A program made the position numbers and the translations under genes. Positions 36,201 to 48,200 of a stretch of 64,000 bases of DNA are shown one piece after another; positions within the stretch are counted from its first letter, which is position 1, and each line of letters starts with the position of its first letter. The notes below the pieces were generated by a model. It was not told the DNA's origin. It ran no database searches and was given only the letters and a program-made list of their open reading frames with translations. The DNA comes from Glaucostegus cemiculus. Lineage: Eukaryota. The stretch spans positions 2,976,001 through 3,040,000 of the forward strand of contig CDPCPM010000281.1 in NCBI GenBank assembly GCA_976551045.1, in the 5' to 3' direction.

Positions 36201-39200
36201 TTCCCTACACCATCAATTTTAAAATCAATTCTTCTTCCCCTTCATTATATCCCCATTCTGGAGCTTGCACATTGTTATCATTTAACTAAAATGGATTGGA
36301 AAAGCAACTTAAACCACGTCAGGCACAGTCAAATCATTATCTTTCTTCAAACAAGTTGAATTTTACATAATATTCCTTTCCCCACTCAATGACACTGACT
36401 CATGCTGGATTACAGATCCACAGCTGGTCTATGTTCTACAGGGATGCAAGAAATTCTGCAGATGCTGGAATCTGGAGCAATATATACTAAGTGCTGAAGG
36501 AACTCGGCAGGTCAGGCAGCATCTATGGAAGGAAATAAACAGTTGACGTTTATTTCTCTCTATAGATGCTGCCTGACCTGCTGAGTTCCTCCAGCACTTG
36601 GTGTATAGGTCCATGTTCTACGACTGTGGCCATGTTTCATGTGGCAATTTTTACACTGCAAGATGATACCGAAGACTATTATTTATTACATAAATATCTA
36701 CTGTCAGCACTCAGGCACTCTATCCACTGTTCATTTTTCAAGTACCATTATAGGAAATACCAGTATAGGAATACCATTATAGGTCACCTCATTATAGAAA
36801 GGATGTGGAAGCGTTGGAAAGGGTGCAGAGGAGATTTACCAGGATGCTGCCTTGATTGGAGATTATGGATTATGAGGAGAGACTAAGGGAGCTGGGGCTT
36901 TACTCTTTGGAGAGGAGGAGGATGAGGGGAGACATGATAGAGGTATACAAAATATTAAGAGAAATAGACAGAGTAGACAGCCAGTGCCTCTTTCCCAGGG
37001 CACCAATGCTCAATACAAGAGGGCATGGCTTTAAAGTAAAGGGTGGGAAATTCAAGGGAGGTTTTTTACCCAGAGAGTGGTTGGTGCATGGAATGCGCTG
37101 CCTGGGGTGGTGGTGGAGGGAGATACGTTGGTCAAGTTCGAGAGATTGTTAGATAAGCATATGGAGGAATTTAAAATAGGGGGATATGTGGGAGGAAGGG
37201 GTTAGATAGTCTTAGGTGTGGTTTAAAGGTCGGCACAATACGGTGGGCCGAAGGGTGTGTATTGTGCTGTATTGTTCTATGGTTCAAACAACATTATTGC
37301 AAGGGACAAAATTAAAACAAAATACTTTTCTTCCAACCTATCCTTTTAGGAGAAAGTATTGAAACGATGCTGAAATAATAAGCAGTGCCATGTCAGTTCC
37401 AAGTAGACATGATATGATCCAGTGGGAGGCACTAGTATTTTTGTAGTGTTTTAAACAAAATATCTTTCAATTAAATCTTTCAGTGAGATTTCTTACTTTG
37501 GGGATATTCCTGTTGCCTCCTATCTCCTCTTATGGCTTTCTACTTTGGTTGTCACACTAATTCTTCGGTTCTGCAATTCATTTAATTTCCTCCAAAAAGA
37601 AGTTGGTAGTTGTTATATTTTCCAGCAACATTCCTAATTTTAATCTGGATCCCCCTGAGGTTCAATTGTGTGTTGTGCAGAAAAGAACTTTGTATCACAT
37701 GATTTTACATTTATCTTGGGTGAGTCCCATTTGCTTTTGTTCAGCCTATCAATGGAGCCAATCCAGGTGTCTTTTTTAGTGTCTCAAACATTGATTGGAA
37801 TCACTTGCGATATCAAATGTCATCCACAGAATTTGATATCTTGAACAATAAACCATTAGGCATGACATTTACAGAAATCATAAACATCAGGCCCCATAAA
37901 CAGGCAATCTGTTAACATCTGGTTTTCTCTTTGATATCTTCCCATACACCGCAAGCCTTCATTGTCCATATTTTATTGCACTCAAATTTAGCCTAATATT
38001 ATCGATTTGTCCAATAGGAATTGATGAATCACATGGATCAGAACTTGCAGGGAAATGAAGACTGTTCCACATTGAACTGCCAGCATTTCTCTGCACAAGT
38101 GCAGCAAAGTTCAAGATTCCTGCAATGAACACCAGAATCCCACATGAACACCAGAATCCCAAATTGCTAGCTGCCGTTGGCTAAGGATTTCAGATGCTGG
38201 ACTTCAGCAGTGGAGAGCAAACATACTGCAATTTTCCAGCTAGGACCCTTGCTCACCAAACCTGTGTCACATTACACTAGGTGCAGGAACCGCCAGTCCA
38301 TTCACTTCAATCTGGAGGCACAGCTGAGAGAAGAAAAACTGTTGAGAAATCAACATTTTTTTTTCAATTGAATTTATTTGAATGTATTTTCATTCTTTGG
38401 ATATGTAAAATTGTTTAAAATTAATTTATTTTTTAAATAACTAAAGATTTACTTGTTTCATTGATTTGTAAGTTTGAATGCTTCTGCATGTTGGGGGTTA
38501 ATATCAGCAACTTAAGGGTACACTCTCACAGGTCAGAAGTGAACATGGGCAACTTGAATGTCAGAAAGTTCTGTCCCACCTTGTTTGTGGGATAGCTTTT
38601 GTCCTCCTGAAATTCAACCTCTAGATCTTATTCTCCTCAAAAGAAATCTAGTAAATTGAGCAAATACAACTTATTCTCTCTGCGTGCTAAATTGGGCATT
38701 GTTCTTCCAATTGTTGTATTGTTATACCCCTCATTTTTCCCCCATGATTAAATGAAGGTTCAGAGGACAGCCAATTACTTAACAGAGTCTAGAAATGGGT
38801 TACAACATATTTTCTATGAAATTTATGTTAAGGTATTTTTGCTTTTAAAACTGTTTCAATCACAATACGAGCTAGTGATGCTTTTTCTTTATAACTTTCA
38901 AAATAAAGTGTCATTAACCCAGAAATAAAACACTTGTTGTGATGTTTCCTTTAACATTAGTTATGTAATTGTAATAATATGCAAAAACTATTAAAGTACA
39001 GACAGCAGAATGTGCAACACGGCATTCTAAGTATGCAGTATGCCTGGCCGCAGATAGAAACGAGTATGTGAATCATTTTAAATCTCTCTGTGGACAACAT
39101 TTTGAAAACCAATAGTCTACATTAAGAATCAAGACTTGCCATGAAATTGTTGCAGACAGCAGACTGAAATCTTTTATCCGCAACTCCCTGCATCACCAAT

Positions 39201-42200
39201 TCTCCTAATCAATTAATGTTATTTGTAAAATTTTATCTACACATATAGCAAGTAGTACACAACATTGGTTCTTTTACAATATAGAAAATTCACAATAATT
39301 CATGCATGTAGAAGCAAGCGAGTGATTGATGAAGTCCTTTCTCATGAGAAAAAAATGGAACACCACTACTAGTGCAGCACTTGCTCTACACGATACAGCT
39401 ACAATTCAAAATACTAATTCCAATCTCCAATTATGCAAGTATTCACTTCTGCTTAGATATTTATTGCATACTGCTTTGGAACAGGGCTGGAAAATGTTAG
39501 ATTTTTGTTTATAAATCAAATTTGGAATCACTAAAACTGAGGGATGAACAGAGTAATCACTACATTTCAAGTGAGTGTGCAATGTACAATTTAATTTTCA
39601 CAGATTTGAAAAAAAAATCACCAAAAAGGACAGAAAAAAGTATCCAAAATAAGACAGACTAAGATGTAATTTAAATACAATGTACACAGATGACACATGT
39701 CCCAGCTGCAAACTAATTTCTCACTGCACACAACAGCAAAGATTTTAGGTAGATATTTCCAATATTTCTTGCAAGCAGCTTTTCATTGGCAGAATATCTT
39801 TGGATGCCAGCCAGAGGGGACACAATACAAAGGTTCTGAGAATAAGATTGTAACTTATTAATAACCACCTTGTCTGCTGTCAAAATAAAAACCCATATCA
39901 TGAAGTGACAACATCATAAGACTCTTTCAAAAGTAGGAAAGGAACAAACTATAAATAGAAACAAATATTCAGATCATAAGGTGCAAAACTGAGGGAGATC
40001 CCAAATCAAAAAGGTAATAATGTTGATCTCCACACAACCTCCAAATTAGATGCAGATTATGCAGTATGCTTAAAACACCAAAGCAGCTTCAATTTGAATA
40101 TGACATTAGAAAACTAATCCAGATTATAATCAAAACTGCTGCACTGAGTGTTTTATTTTTCCCAATTAGCCACTGGGAAATTTTAATACACAGTGTGATT
40201 TCAAAACACCTGCTTTGCTAATTCTTTCCTGGTTTGCAAACTACAACATTTTATTTTTCATTGTGAAGAAAACATCCTCCCAAATTTTATTCTTCTTTAA
40301 GGCTCTAACTTAATCATAGGTATGGCTTCACTTGCAATGAAAACCTTCACAGATTGTGACCATGAATACACTTCAAAGAAAATGTACTTAATTGGTTATA
40401 AAATGCTTTAGAATGTGCTTAGTGTGTGAAAAGATGCAAAAGAAAGTCAAGTTCACATACCATACAGTACCACGATCAAACAGACTTTTTTTTGCACAGG
40501 AGTCCAAGAACCGAGTAGAAGCAGGGTCTATGTTTGGGTGGGTCATGGAGGAGGGGAGGGCTATGATTATAACATACTCACCAAAAATCCATGCACACAT
40601 TTCCCAGAATGGGCAACTAGAGAACCATCAGGTACTTATAGAGTGGGGACTGTATTTTTTTTAAAAAACAGCAATGGGCTATCATGGAAAAGTCAGAAAA
40701 TGATTAATTTTCATATTTTAACTAAGTAATCCTCTTAGAACTGCTCTAAACAGTTGTATATTCAGGTTTAATTTTTTTTCTGCAGCATCATCAAATACCA
40801 TAATTATGTTTATAAAGTTTGCTGAAGGAGCATTAACCTATTACAGTTGACTCTGTATAAATGTATACCTTATCTAAGCACAATTCTGATCCAATCATAG
40901 GATTCCAATGTTCCAACTCAACATCCATTCACCAATATACAGAAATCCTGATCTAAGCATACAACATTCCCCAAACTATTTAAATTTTCATTGCTCAGCA
41001 CACCAAGTGCTGTCAATCCAGCAGTTGTCAGTCCTTTTTTTTACATAGTATTATGAATACTAAAGTATTTTAATTTTGATTCAGCTGGAGTGCAGGCTAG
41101 GACAAATACTGTGCTTTTCATTGTCAATCACAGAAATCCTCATCTAAACACAATTAGAAATAATGTATTTCTTGACATTGATCTTAACGAAAAGTACTAA
41201 ATTCTTAAGGGGCTTGACAGACTTGATGAAGAGTTGATGTTTTCCCTGGTCAAGCCATCCAGAATTGGAGGTCATAGTCTCAAAGTAAGGGGTCACCCAT
41301 CCAGGGAAGAGAAGAGATGGCTGTGGAAGCTCAGTTGCTTAGTTTATTCTAGACAAATATTGATCATTTTACAGATATCATGGAAATCAAGGAATGAGGT
41401 TTGTGCAGCAAAGTGGTGCTGAGGTAAAGGATCAGCCATAATCACACTGAATAGTGGAGAAAGCACACAGGAGTGAATGGCCAAATCCTGGGTCTAATTT
41501 TGTAAAATTTACTTATGTTTATGTTCTTCTATTATTTTATTGAATTCAAAACACAAAGTAGTTAAATTCCTGGATTGGTAAGCAGAGGCTTTAATTTTGT
41601 AATTTTATTTACAAGAATTTTGTACCAAAGGAACAATCAAGTGTACTTAATTTCATGTTAGCATCAACTCTTGGCAAGGTTTACTGAAAACTGTTAAACT
41701 GTAAATCAAGTGAAGATAATAACATGTGGTGATTTGTACAGATTGATTTTAGAGTTTAAACAAAGAAAACTTACCTAATTGCAACATCTGATTTGCTGGC
41801 AAATGCAAAAACCAAAGCAGGCAATTTTAAAATCAAGCTTTTTTGTTAAAACAACTATAGTTTTGGCCTGAGGAGTCAAACTAAACAACTTTAGCACAAA
41901 ATTAATGTAACCAAAGGCAGAAAGTGTATTTTTTCCTTCCAATTGGCTGACTTCATTAGAGCACTGGTGCAAATTAAAATGTCACCTGAGTGGCACCTTG
42001 TTGCACTGACATTGAAAGTAGGTCATTATTTGTTCTAAGAAACAAAAACATGAACCAAAAACAGACTTTGCTTAGAAGCTTACACTTGCCTCAGGCATCA
42101 CTCAAGTCCTAATGTTGGCTGATGTTCCTAGGTAGTACTGGGGATGTATCATTCTGCCCAAGTCATTTTTCAAAGAAAACCATTGATGTGGCCCTATAGC

Positions 42201-45200
42201 CTGCTTCACCATTCACCAGAATCATGCCTGAACCCCTATGTAGAGTCCACTTTCCTGCCCAATCCCCACATCTCTGGATTCTCTTATTGTCCAGAAATCT
42301 GCCCACCTCAATGTTTGTTCTAAATTGTACTGAAACAATATCACTGCTCCCTGTGGTAGCAAACTCCAAAGCGCCAGAAGCTGCCAAGCAAAGAAACTTT
42401 TAGCTTCAAAAGGTTCCCAAGTCCTAGGCTCAATCCAGAGGAAACTACTTCTCACCAATTATCCTATCAATCCTCCTCAGAATATTGCACATCTCAACAA
42501 CTACATTTCTCATTCCGCTAAATTCCAATATGTATTAACCAATCCTACTCATATGAGAGTCACCTCATCCCAGAAATAAGTCTACCAAATCAACACACTC
42601 CAAGGCAAGTATATTCTTGTTTATATGCAGAGACTAGAACACCACACAGGTTTGGCACCTTCTAAGCCTTACACAATTCCAGCCATAATTCTTTGTTAAT
42701 TTATTCCAATGAACGCCAAAATACCACTACTCTTCCTAAATGTTCACTGTGCCTGGATGTTAACTCTCTGGGTTTAAAGAAACAGCATACCAAGAAGCCT
42801 CTAAGTAACATTTATTATTTTCTAAATAGTGAGAAACTGATGCATTTTAACAAAATGAATCTCAATTTTTCTTCCCACATTATACTCCATCTGCCACCTT
42901 CTTACCATATAGGGCCAGTCAACTACCCAGAAAGAACACAATAAAAAACACAAACTATTTGAAGAGCAAAGGAGTTCTAATGGTTCAAATATTTATCTCG
43001 CAGTAACATCACTAAAATAAGTGAATCAGACTATTTTCCTTATCACTGTCTGTGTGTAAATTCACTGGCTTGTTCCCCCATATTATGCATTATTGCGTGA
43101 GCTGATGAAAGAAAGGAACATGATCTTTATTTCTAAATAAACAATTTTTAACCGATAACCCACTATTTTTCTATAGATTAAGCAAGTAAATCCTGTGTGA
43201 AAGCAATTCAGATAAGGAGAAATAAGGCACAGACATTTTTTTGCTGTTGTACATAAATATGGCCATGTAATACTCCTCCATTGACATTCTACATCTGGAC
43301 AGAATCTAATTCAAGAATAAACTTTACAGCTATAAATAAGTCATGAATTAAACAACTATTTAAATGAAGAATAAATTAAGACCATTAAAGATTGTACTTT
43401 CACTAAGGATTTAGATATATTACCAGAATCCAAATTCAGTAGTTTTCAATTAAATGTCAGTAACATTTACACACCTTGTACGAGTCAATAAACATAGTGG
43501 AAAAGATTATCAAGGACCCTATTGATGAGTGTGCAAATTCAGATCATCAAATGCGCCAAAAGGGATGTCAATATTGTCTTTCAAGGATCACAGTACCAAA
43601 AAGCAGAAATCAAATGCTGACTTACTGATGGTTTGCTTACAATGCAAACTATACCTTGGGACATTGCATTAAAAACATTATTCTCGAGTCCAGTAGCCAA
43701 GACAAACTGGAGATTGTACATGCATAATTGACAATCGTGACACAAAACACATCTAATAAATATAGTGAGCTATACCCCATCATCTGATTGCATTATATGT
43801 ATAATTTGCTATTGTGTGATGACATCAGAAATGTGACTTGGAATACTGCCTCCGGAGCAGCACTTTCAGGGAGCATGAACTAGGCATTAACAAGCAGCAA
43901 CTAACAGGCTTCCTTGATTGCAGGGTTGAACAAACTCCAGTTTTACTTTCACAAGAATTCAGCCCCATTTTAACAATAACACTGAATAATGATAGTAAGT
44001 CACAGTTGACGACTGCAGCAAAACTGAGTGCATTTCTTTAAACTTATTATGAGACAGAAGGAAGCTGTTCTGTCCATTGGGTCCAAGCCATTTGCCAGCA
44101 GGACAATCCCAGTGCTCCCATTCTGCCTCACTTGTCTGTGGCCTTGCAACTTATTCTCTCTCACATGCCCAAGAAGGCTCCATTCACCAGCGGGGAAATT
44201 ACAGTAGCCAACTGAACTACCAGCACATCTTTGTCAAAACTGAGCCCTTGACAGAAACCCATGGAGTCATAGGGAGAATGTACAAACTCCACACAAGGAC
44301 AGCACACAAGGTCAGGATCAAACCAGTGTCCCTGGAGCTGGTTGCTACACCAGCCTTAAGGAACCAACTTAACTAAATTACTTTTTAGCTGAGAGATGAG
44401 AACATTCAAATGGTGGTCTAAGAGCAAAACTATATTTTTGGGGAGGGAGGCAGGGCAACAACGGATTTACTGTGATAAAATGATTTAAAATCTGACTGTG
44501 ATATCTTGTATACTGCATCATACAAACAATTTCCTCAAAATTTGACCTCTTTTCATTAAGGTTAATTTTAGTGCTCTTGATTTTGATTAAAGAATGATCC
44601 AGAATAATGGGCCAAGACTACGCTTGGATCTACACCACCAGATTCAGACATAATAGTTTATCAAATTCAGCCCATTTCACAAAGTAAATCCTTTTTCTGT
44701 TCTGCCCATAATCAGCTGCTGCCTTCACCTAAATTTAATTATATGCATGGATAAAAAAAAACCTGTTTTTATAAAAGACAAGGAAATGCACAGAAATAAA
44801 AGTGGGTGAATACTGCAAAGCATTTCAATTTACAGGGTCCTTGGCGTGCATCTGCATACATCCTTAATAGAGCACCAAGGAAAGGTTATAAAGGCACATT
44901 TTCCTTTATCAGCCCAGATATAAAAAGGTACAGAGGAGGTTTATCAGGATATTTCCTGGGCATGAGAATGTTACATACAAGGCAAGACTGCCTCGGCGGG
45001 GCTCATTTTATTTGGAAACAGAGTTTTAACTGAGGTGTCAGAATTACACTAGGTTGAGACAGAGGAAAAACAGAGCCTACTTCCCTTTACAGGAGGGGTT
45101 AACAATTTGAGGCAATTGGTTAAAAGACTGGAGTGGAGTTGAGGAAAACCTTTTTATCCAAAGGTTGGTTGGGGTCTGGAAGACACTAGCTGGAGGTGTG

Positions 45201-48200
45201 GTGAAAGAAGAAAGTATCCTGACTGGTTGCATCATGGTCTGGTACGGCATTTCAAATACACAGAAACATAAAAGGCTACAGAGAATAGTGAACTCAGCCC
45301 CACACATCACAGGCACATCCCTCCCCACCCACTAGTAGTATCTATAGGAGCCGCTGCCTCAAGAAAGCAACATCCATCATCAAAGATCCCCACCATCCGG
45401 GCCATACCATCTTTTTGCGGTTACCATCAGGCAGAAGGTACAGAAGCCTGAGGTTCCACACACCCAGGTTCAAGAAAAGCTGCTTCCTTTCAACCAATCA
45501 TTTCTTGAACTAACCAGCAAAACCCTAATCACTACAGTTCAGCAACACTATGACCACTTTGATCTCTTTGCACTGAAATGAACTTTGTTTTTTTGTTTTG
45601 TGTTCTTTCTTGAAAAAGATAAATTACGCACAAATTTTACTTCTGAATGCTGCTTATATAATGCTTATGTGCCTGTGATGCTGCTACAACTAAATTTTTC
45701 ACTGCACCTGTGCATACATGTATTTGTGCATATGACAATAAAATCAACTTTGACTTTATGAAGCACGGATTTCAAGTGAAGTGAAGCTACATTTTTTTGA
45801 AAAGGGAAAGCAAAATCGTTTTTAAAATTATTTCTATCTGCAATTTTTCACTGAACTATTCTCACTTTTTTAAAATATTTGCTTCAATATTTATAATGTT
45901 TGTTAAGATAAGATTTAAGACATTAAATCTTATTTATGTTTAAAGACATTAAGATGTCTCTAAACAACAGATATTCAAAAAGCTGAGAGATCTGATGTAA
46001 GATAAAACTCTGCAACACAACACCATTGCTGATAGATTCCAGGATGAGGTTGTGCAAGTGTAGCCTTGCGGGGACTCAGTGGTGTCCTTCCAAGCACAGG
46101 TAGATGCCAGGGTTTCAAGCAAACGTAGGTGCCAGGGTTAGCATTACTTGGTCCATAGCTTTCTCACGTTTTAATAAAGTAATTCCCATGTGCTCTCATT
46201 CACATTTTAATAAAACCCACGTAGATTGAAGAGCTTTGCGCAACCATCCAAACGCATAAGCAAAGTTCCCTTAATATGCACCTCTATATAAAAGGTACAC
46301 AAAGCGCACTATGTTGTACTTGCAGATGCTGAAATCAAATTACACCCAGAACCATAGGATAATTAACAATTTCCGATATTACATGTAGTGCGAACGCAGA
46401 CAAAGTACGATTCCTTCAAAATTCAAGTGTCAACCCCTTTTGATTTCTACTTGTGAATCTAGAATTTTGTTAACACCATGCTCTAGGTGAATTTACAGTA
46501 GTCAGAGACATCTCTGGATTCTGAGATGCAACTGAATGTGCCTCTATTTGTAAAGCTCCTCCAAAGTAATTCTGCACAATGCACTCATGCCAATTTAATT
46601 GCAAACCCTAATCACATGATTGAAACATTTTTGGATTTATCAGGTGCATTCTGAATAAACTTGGATTGCATACAAGTAGGAAACCAGTTTAAGTTGTGAA
46701 ATGCAATTTGAAGAATGAGTCACAAAGATGTATAGAACAGCATTAAAGGAGGCCCCAGGTGTAAAATAGGCCTGTTCATAACACGTCAAATGATATTGTT
46801 ACAGAAATGGTTTTTCATATCACCATTTGGCAATTTAGTCACTAAGCTGACAATTATACAACAATAGTTTACCTCACAATACAGCTTCAGTTGCAGTGCA
46901 TGCTGTTTTTATTATTGGACACAGTTGACTAATTTGACGAGTCAGAGCACCAACTGTTTATTCTGCAATACCTCTGTAATGATATTGCATTCCTGGCTGG
47001 TAATGAAACATGGCACTTTCCACAGCTTGTAATGTAACTCATTAAATAAGTTAACAACATGCATTTTGCAAACAAGGTGAAATAATTATTATGCAGTTTG
47101 ACCCTTCCAATCACCTTCATTCAACACAATGTATACATCAATCAAAATGCCAGATTACTAAAGTCCTATTTTTGCATTTATCCAATCCCATATATGGTAG
47201 CACTCAAAATTAAAAGCACTGCTTTGCTTTAGCTGACCATGGCTGAAGTGCTAAATTAAAAGAAATTTGCATGTCTGAAATAAAAGAAAAATGTGTTTAT
47301 TTTACCATCACCTTATAGTAATGTGATTTATAGAAAATGAACCTTTTAAAGAACAGAATGATATTGGCTACTCTACTGATTTGATAGATGGTCTAAAGCT
47401 TTATTAAGATATTTTATATACAAAATTTATTGCATATGATATAAATTAATTAATGCCACTATTTTAATTATAACTATTTAAAATTAGATTTTCTTATATA
47501 GAACAGTACAGCACAGTACTGGCCCTTCAGCCCACAATTATATATCCTTAGGATTTCTGGATCACTTGCTAAGAGTGCAAAGCACTTTCCTTCATTTATC
47601 TGTTTGATGCACCTTAAGCTGATTTTCTGCTAGATGCTAATAGATTTAGAGTTTGGATCCTCTGCTAATGATTTGAATTACACAAGGAGAACAGGTGCAA
47701 CATTATAAAGTATGATTTTAAACTAGAAATCAGAAACAATAAATCAAAGAGTTTGCACTTGATAAAAAGATGTAATGCTGCAAAACTCAAGAACATAATG
47801 TTCCATGACTCAATAGTAAATAAAAGAATAGGGGAAAGAAATGTTCTAGCATTTCAGAGTTTTCCAACCTGGATATATTTTTTCATCATGAAACATGTTG
47901 GAGTATCAAACAATTACCACAACATTTTAGTAAATATCCACAACTAATAATGGGTATCTGCATCCTGAAGTTGCCAAATACATGATTACAACATAAAACA
48001 AACAATTAAACACAACTTACTGTCCTTCAAAGCAGATGCAAATTCTGGTCCACCTTCCTTTTTGAAAGAAGGCATAGAATCTGGCTGTGGAAGAGTATTG
48101 GCGGTCACAAGAGCTTTTTGTAGTAGGATTCTTCCTTCAAGTAGTTGATCCCACAAAGCTTTAAAAGAGAGGAGGCAAATTATTTTAGTTGCTTCCACTA

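Noticed and set aside
36856-37152. 98-aa ORF as a host gene
   Set aside because: It is the C-terminal fragment of CR1 ORF2 in a 5'-truncated insertion.
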